Shown here: positions 14,859-20,000 of the stretch, piece after piece
Layout: every line of letters begins with the position of its first letter
How positions within the stretch are numbered: position 1 is the first letter of the stretch
Origin: an uncultured virus (IMG/VR IMGVR_UViG_3300030110_003684)
Lineage: Duplodnaviria > Heunggongvirae > Uroviricota > Caudoviricetes
IMG/VR virus record: IMGVR_UViG_3300030110_003684
DNA length: 20,000 bases
Reading direction: 5' to 3' (one strand)
Notes under the pieces: model-generated
The model's input: only the letters and a program-made list of their open reading frames with translations
Databases searched by the model: none
What the model was told of the DNA's origin: nothing
Translations under genes and position numbers: made by a program

Positions 14859-17353
14859 TGCGTTTCTACACTAATGTTCAGTTGATTGGAAATCAGGTCC
14901 TCGTTAGAGGAGTTGACAATGGAAAAAGGTATGAGCATCGTGATGAATTTTATCCAACACTGTTTGTTAGGTCAAAGAAAGAATCAAAATATAAAACGCT
15001 TAACGGAGAATTTGTTGAACCAGTTAAACCTGGTCAGGTAAGAGATTGTCGAGAGTTCTTTAAGAAATATGATGAGGTTGATGGATTTCCTATTTACGGA
15101 AATGATCGATACATCTATCAATACATTTCTGAAAAGTATCCTGAAAATGAAATCAAGTTTGATATCAGTCAAATCAAACTTGTAACTCTTGATATTGAGA
15201 CCACAGCAGAGAAAGGATTCCCTGATGTTGAATCTGCATCAGAGGAGATTCTTGCCATTACTATTCAGGACTACACCACTAAGAAGATTATTACTTGGGG
15301 GGTAAAACCTTTTGTAAATAAGCAAAAGAATGTCACGTATCGTCACTGCCCAACAGAACAGCAGTTACTTGGTGACTTTATTAATTACTGGATGCAGGAT
15401 GTTCCTGATGTTGTAACTGGTTGGAATATCCAACTGTTTGATATCCCGTACATCTGTAAGAGACTTAATCGTGTCCTAGGTGAGAAACTAATGAAACGTT
15501 TCTCTAACTGGGGACTTGTGACTGAAGGAAAGATTTTCATTCAGGGTCGGGAGCACATCACTTTTGATGTAGGTGGATTGACTCAACTGGATTACTTAGA
15601 TCTTTACAAGAAGTTTACTTATAAGGCACAAGAGTCTTATCGATTGGACTATATTGCTGAGGTAGAACTAGGACAAAAGAAACTAGATCACAGTGAGTTT
15701 GATACCTTTAAAGACTTTTATACTAAGGGATGGCAGAAGTTTATTGAATATAACATCGTTGACGTAGAACTTGTTGACCGACTGGAAGACAAGATGAAGT
15801 TGATTGAACTTGCCTTGACTATGGCATATGATGCCAAAGTTAATTATGCAGATGTGTTCTATCAAGTTCGTATGTGGGATACCATTATCTATAACTATCT
15901 AAAGAAGCGGGACATTGTTATTCCGCCTAAGATTAGATCCGATAAAAACGAAAAGTACGCAGGTGCCTATGTCAAGGAACCGATTCCGGGAAAGTATGAT
16001 TGGGTTGTCAGTTTTGACCTTAACAGTCTATACCCTCATCTCATTATGCAGTACAATATTTCCCCAGAAACATTACTGGAAGAACGTCATCCCACAGCAA
16101 CAGTGGATAAAATACTTAATGAAGAAATAAGTTTTGAGTTGTATAAAGATAATGCGGTGTGTGCCAATGGTGCAATGTATCGCAAAGATGTACGTGGTTT
16201 CCTACCAGAACTCATGGAGAAAATGTATGGCGATCGTGTAATCTTTAAGAAGCGAATGCTTCAGGCAAAACAACAATATGAAAAGACCCCAACCAAGGCA
16301 CTGGAGAAAGAGATTGCACGGTGCAACAATATCCAGATGGCTAAGAAGATCTCACTCAACTCTGCTTATGGTGCTATCGGTAATCAGTATTTTAGGTACT
16401 ATAAACTGGCCAATGCGGAGGCGATTACGCTTTCTGGTCAAGTCTCTATCCGTTGGATTGAGCGTAAGATGAACCAGTATCTAAATAAACTGTTGCAAAC
16501 AACTGACGAGGACTACGTAATTGCGTCTGACACCGACTCAATTTATCTTAATCTTGGACCTCTTGTTAATAAATTTTTTGCTACTAAGTCTAGCGACAAG
16601 GTTGCGATTGTGGGATTACTTGACAAAATCTGTGAAGATAAGTTTGAACCGTACATCGATCAGTGTTACCAGAATCTGGCGAACTACGTATCGGCGTATG
16701 ACCAGAAAATGCAAATGAAGCGCGAGAATATTGCTGACCGTGGTATCTGGACTGCAAAGAAGAGATATATTCTTAACGTGTGGGATAGTGAGGGTGTCCG
16801 CTATGAGGATCCCAAACTAAAAGTGATGGGTATTGAGTCCGTCAAATCATCCACTCCAGCTCCCTGCCGTAAGATGCTCAAGGAGGCATTTAACATCCTA
16901 ATGACTGGAACAGAAGAAGATGTTATTGACTTTATTGATAAGTCTAGAGCAGAGTTTAAGAGTTTGCCCCCTGAACAAATTTCCTTCCCTCGTTCAGTAT
17001 CTGATGTGGTGAAATATAAATCATACTCAGATATCTATATTAAGGGGACGCCAATACATGTGCGTGGTGCATTGTTGTTCAACCATTATATTAATAAAAA
17101 CAAACTGAGTAACAAATACTCTTTGATTAAAAATGGTGAGAAGATTAAATTTTGTTATTTGAAAAAACCAAACACTCTGCATGAGAATGTAATCTCTTTC
17201 ATTCAAGAGTTTCCTAAAGAACTTGACCTTGACAAGTACGTTGACTATGACTTACAATTTGATAAGTCCTTTGTCGAACCACTGAAAGCAATTCTTGATG
17301 CAATTGGTTGGAATGTCGAAAAAACTGTAAACCTGGAATTATTTTTCTCCTAA
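14858..17353 (+). CDS. gp43: Family B DNA polymerase gp43
   Basis: Exo I DIET, GWNIQLFD, region II SFDLNSLYPH, KISLNSAYG, DTDS, KKRY. Uninterrupted 831 aa. Confidence 0.98.
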   Translation: MRFYTNVQLIGNQVLVRGVDNGKRYEHRDEFYPTLFVRSKKESKYKTLNGEFVEPVKPGQVRDCREFFKKYDEVDGFPIYGNDRYIYQYISEKYPENEIKFDISQIKLVTLDIETTAEKGFPDVESASEEILAITIQDYTTKKIITWGVKPFVNKQKNVTYRHCPTEQQLLGDFINYWMQDVPDVVTGWNIQLFDIPYICKRLNRVLGEKLMKRFSNWGLVTEGKIFIQGREHITFDVGGLTQLDYLDLYKKFTYKAQESYRLDYIAEVELGQKKLDHSEFDTFKDFYTKGWQKFIEYNIVDVELVDRLEDKMKLIELALTMAYDAKVNYADVFYQVRMWDTIIYNYLKKRDIVIPPKIRSDKNEKYAGAYVKEPIPGKYDWVVSFDLNSLYPHLIMQYNISPETLLEERHPTATVDKILNEEISFELYKDNAVCANGAMYRKDVRGFLPELMEKMYGDRVIFKKRMLQAKQQYEKTPTKALEKEIARCNNIQMAKKISLNSAYGAIGNQYFRYYKLANAEAITLSGQVSIRWIERKMNQYLNKLLQTTDEDYVIASDTDSIYLNLGPLVNKFFATKSSDKVAIVGLLDKICEDKFEPYIDQCYQNLANYVSAYDQKMQMKRENIADRGIWTAKKRYILNVWDSEGVRYEDPKLKVMGIESVKSSTPAPCRKMLKEAFNILMTGTEEDVIDFIDKSRAEFKSLPPEQISFPRSVSDVVKYKSYSDIYIKGTPIHVRGALLFNHYINKNKLSNKYSLIKNGEKIKFCYLKKPNTLHENVISFIQEFPKELDLDKYVDYDLQFDKSFVEPLKAILDAIGWNVEKTVNLELFFS

Positions 17354-17523
17354 TGGAACTACCTATTAACGACAAAGAACTTGGTACTATTATTAGTGCT
17401 ATGCGTCTCGGGGGAGATGCTGCCCTTTATCAGAAACTGAAAAGGATTAAGGATATCCGTGATGAGAATCCAGGCGGACCTTACAAAAAAATTGCCCGTG
17501 AAGAATTTGGAATTGTTATTTAA
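17353..17523 (+). CDS. Hypothetical protein, 56 aa
   Basis: MELPINDKELGTIISAMRLGGDAALYQKLK...; TAATG overlap with the gp43 stop. Confidence 0.7.
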   Translation: MELPINDKELGTIISAMRLGGDAALYQKLKRIKDIRDENPGGPYKKIAREEFGIVI

Positions 17524-17642
17524 TGATTAAAGTAAAATATCAACTTAAAGACCATTCAAATACGACACTCTTTAAGTTCTTTAAAACTGAAGAACAGGTA
17601 AAGATGTTTAAATCTCAAAACCCACATTATATTTTTGAATGA
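17523..17642 (+). CDS. Hypothetical protein, 39 aa (not in ORF track)
   Basis: MIKVKYQLKDHSNTTLFKFFKTEEQVKMFKSQNPHYIFE. TAATG overlap at the start; ends 3 nt before uvsX. Confidence 0.65.
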   Translation: MIKVKYQLKDHSNTTLFKFFKTEEQVKMFKSQNPHYIFE

Positions 17643-17645
17643 CTT

Positions 17646-18650
17646 ATGGATTTTTTAAAAGAAATTGTAAAAGAGATTGGAGATGACTACACCCAACTCG
17701 CATCAGACATCGACGACACTGAAAACTTTGTGGACACAGGTTCGTACATCTTTAACGGTTTGGTTTCAGGTAGCATATTTGGTGGTGTATCTGGGAATAA
17801 GATTACTGCCATTGCTGGGGAGTCTTCTACTGGCAAGACTTTCTTTAGTCTCGCTGTGGTTAAGAATTTTCTGGATAGTAATCCTGGTGGTTACTGTTTG
17901 TACTTTGACACTGAAGCAGCAGTTAATAAATCTCTTCTTGCAAGTCGTGGCATTGACTTAGATCGATTGGTTGTTATTAATGTTGTTACGATTGAACAGT
18001 TTAGACAGAAGGCACTTCAGGCAGTAGATATATATTTAAAAAAACCTGAAGATGAGCGCAAACCATGCATGTTTGTGCTAGACTCTTTAGGGATGCTTTC
18101 GACTGAGAAGGAGATCCGTGATGCTTTGGACGATAAACAAGTTCGAGACATGACTAAATCTCAACTCGTCAAAGGTGCTTTTCGTATGCTCACACTCAAA
18201 CTAGGACAAGCAAATGTTCCGCTCATTGTCACAAATCACACATACGATGTCATCGGAGCTTACGTACCAACTAAAGAAATGGGAGGAGGCAGTGGCCTCA
18301 AGTATGCCGCCAGTACGATCATTTATCTCACAAAGAAAAAAGAAAAGGATGGAACGACTGTTATCGGCAACCTTATCAAAGCTAAGACTCACAAGTCGCG
18401 TTTAAGTAAGGAGAATAAAGATGTTACAGTGCGTCTCTATTACGATGAGCGTGGTCTTGATCGATATTATGGTCTTCTTGAACTTGGTGAGATTGGCGGA
18501 CTTTGGAAAAACGTTGCAGGTCGTTATGAAATAGATGGTAAGAAAGTCTATGCTAAAGCAATCTACAAAGACCCAGAAGCATACTTCACCCCAGAGGTGA
18601 TGGAAAAACTTGACGCAATCGCAAAGGATGAATTTAGTTATGGAACGTAA
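17646..18650 (+). CDS. uvsX: RecA-like recombinase UvsX
   Basis: Walker A GESSTGKT, YFDTE, VLDSLG, TNHTY, MGGGSGLKYAAS. Confidence 0.96.
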   Translation: MDFLKEIVKEIGDDYTQLASDIDDTENFVDTGSYIFNGLVSGSIFGGVSGNKITAIAGESSTGKTFFSLAVVKNFLDSNPGGYCLYFDTEAAVNKSLLASRGIDLDRLVVINVVTIEQFRQKALQAVDIYLKKPEDERKPCMFVLDSLGMLSTEKEIRDALDDKQVRDMTKSQLVKGAFRMLTLKLGQANVPLIVTNHTYDVIGAYVPTKEMGGGSGLKYAASTIIYLTKKKEKDGTTVIGNLIKAKTHKSRLSKENKDVTVRLYYDERGLDRYYGLLELGEIGGLWKNVAGRYEIDGKKVYAKAIYKDPEAYFTPEVMEKLDAIAKDEFSYGT

Positions 18651-18786
18651 TACACGACACAGTGTAGACAAAGGTAAAGAATTTATTAATTCTGGAATGA
18701 CTCTTATTACCGATCTTGAAAGTGACAAACACCTTGAAAAATCTAAAAATATTAAAGACAAAAATAAACGTCAACAAAGTAGTTGA
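18640..18786 (+). CDS. Hypothetical protein, 48 aa (not in ORF track)
   Basis: MERNTRHSVDKGKEFINSGMTLITDLESDKHLEKSKNIKDKNKRQQSS bridges uvsX and the oxygenase gene. Confidence 0.5.
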   Translation: MERNTRHSVDKGKEFINSGMTLITDLESDKHLEKSKNIKDKNKRQQSS

Positions 18787-19282
18787 GCAACTTAAGAAGT
18801 ATCCAGGAGACTGGGATCACCAGAAAAATCTGGAGAGGTCCCAGTCTCTTGTTGACAAAGGGTTTGCTGACTTGCCAGTCAGCGCACTTCAACTTATAAT
18901 GGGTGGAGTCAAAACCAAAGAAGACTTTGTTGGAGACTCTGAGATCAATATCAAAACTCCTGCTTATGCTCATCACAGTGAGATCCGAAAGATCATACGC
19001 AAGCACTTTAAGAATGCGGACATTCATAGATGCGGTTTTCTTTCACTTCCTGTTGATGAAATAGTTGGAGCACATATTGATGAAGGAACATACTATCTGA
19101 GCAGAAACAGATATCACCTTTCAATACTTGGAAGGTATCAATATTTCTGTGGCAAAGAAACTGTCATTGTTGAACCAGGAACTCTTCTTTGGTTCAATAA
19201 CAAACTACCTCATGGAACCGTTAACATCGGTGATGAAACACGTATAACCTTCGTATTTGACATTCCACATGGACAAAGTTGA
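18716..19282 (+). CDS. 2OG-Fe(II) oxygenase, aspartyl/asparaginyl beta-hydroxylase-like
   Basis: HxD (AHIDEG), RYHLSI, distal His in WFNNKLPHGTVN, and RITFVFD. TTG start uncertain. Confidence 0.82.
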   Translation: MKVTNTLKNLKILKTKINVNKVVEQLKKYPGDWDHQKNLERSQSLVDKGFADLPVSALQLIMGGVKTKEDFVGDSEINIKTPAYAHHSEIRKIIRKHFKNADIHRCGFLSLPVDEIVGAHIDEGTYYLSRNRYHLSILGRYQYFCGKETVIVEPGTLLWFNNKLPHGTVNIGDETRITFVFDIPHGQS

Positions 19283-20000
19283 AATTCTAATTCTAAGAAA
19301 TCTTCTTTACAATGAGGAGTATCTTCGTAAGGTAATTCCTTTTATTAAACCAGATTACTATGAGGATTCTAATCAAAAGATTGTTTTTGAAGAAATAGAA
19401 GAATTTGTTCAAAAGTATAATCAACCAGCAACAAAGGAAGTCCTTTGTATTGAAGTAGAAAAACGACAAGATATTAATGATACAACTTTTAGTGAGATTA
19501 CAAAACTCATTAGTTATCTTGATGATGTCCCTACAGATTATGATTGGTTAGTAGATACTACTGAAAAATGGTGTAGAGATCGTGCTATCTATTTGGCACT
19601 CATGGAATCTATTGCTCTTACAGATGGAAAAGATAAAGATAAAGATCGTGATGCCATTCCCAGTATTCTGTCAGAAGCTCTGGCAGTTTCTTTTGATGCT
19701 CATGTAGGGCATGACTACTTACTTGATTATGAAGAAAGATATGAATCATACCACCGCGAAGAGGACAAGATACCATTCGACCTTGAGTATTTCAACAAGA
19801 TTACGAAAGGTGGTCTCCCGAATAAAACACTTAACATTGCTCTCGCTGGCACTGGTGTCGGCAAAAGTTTGTTTATGTGTCATGTTGCAGCTGCCGCACT
19901 CCTGGGAGGGAAAAACGTACTATACATCACGGCTGAAATGGCTGAAGAGAAAATTGCGGAGCGAATTGATGCTAACTTACTCAATGTACCTATTCAGGAG
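19269..20000 (+). CDS. gp41: Replicative helicase gp41 (DnaB-like), 3'-truncated
   Basis: Read by hand: MDKVEILILRNLLYNEEYLRKVIPFIK...TEKWCRDRAIY...ITKGGLPNKTLNIALAGTGVGKSLFMCH...EMAEEKIAERIDAN. Open to the window end. Confidence 0.96.
   Translation, partial: MDKVEILILRNLLYNEEYLRKVIPFIKPDYYEDSNQKIVFEEIEEFVQKYNQPATKEVLCIEVEKRQDINDTTFSEITKLISYLDDVPTDYDWLVDTTEKWCRDRAIYLALMESIALTDGKDKDKDRDAIPSILSEALAVSFDAHVGHDYLLDYEERYESYHREEDKIPFDLEYFNKITKGGLPNKTLNIALAGTGVGKSLFMCHVAAAALLGGKNVLYITAEMAEEKIAERIDANLLNVPIQE

Noticed and set aside
14858..17353. Intron, intein or split in gp43
   Set aside because: Continuous 831 aa ORF with all motifs in normal order and no insertion.
1..20000. tRNA, rRNA, CRISPR array, IS or homing endonuclease
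   Set aside because: No cloverleaf, spaced repeat array, transposase or HNH/GIY-YIG motif was seen by eye; intergenic spaces are short.

Overview
Co-oriented (+ strand) segment of the DNA replication/recombination module of a T4-like marine cyanophage (Synechococcus/Prochlorococcus myovirus type). Core genes in order: gp47 (5'-truncated), gp46, gp45, gp44, gp62, regA, gp43, uvsX, gp41 (3'-truncated). Accessory genes between them: a DUF3110-like protein, an NAD-dependent epimerase, a sulfotransferase, a CX3C-X6-CX3C peptide, a HExxH+VWA protein with a MoxR/CobS-like AAA+ ATPase, a DUF3310/gp1.7-like protein, speD, an AbrB-like protein, purS, dam, hsp20 and a 2OG-Fe(II) oxygenase. Several small ORFs missing from the ORF track were read by hand. 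The most unusual part is 13290-14270. There, two short units starting with an identical 14-mer late-promoter sequence and ending in terminators (candidate sRNAs) flank hsp20, which has a three-hairpin leader, and two tiny hydrophobic peptide ORFs preceded by NtcA-like TGATACA/TGTATCA repeats. Three intergenic regions also share an ACTGnC / GC-rich hairpin / -10 box layout at 38-39 nt spacing. All family assignments come from motif recognition; no database search was run. There is a 10-N assembly gap at 10762-10771.
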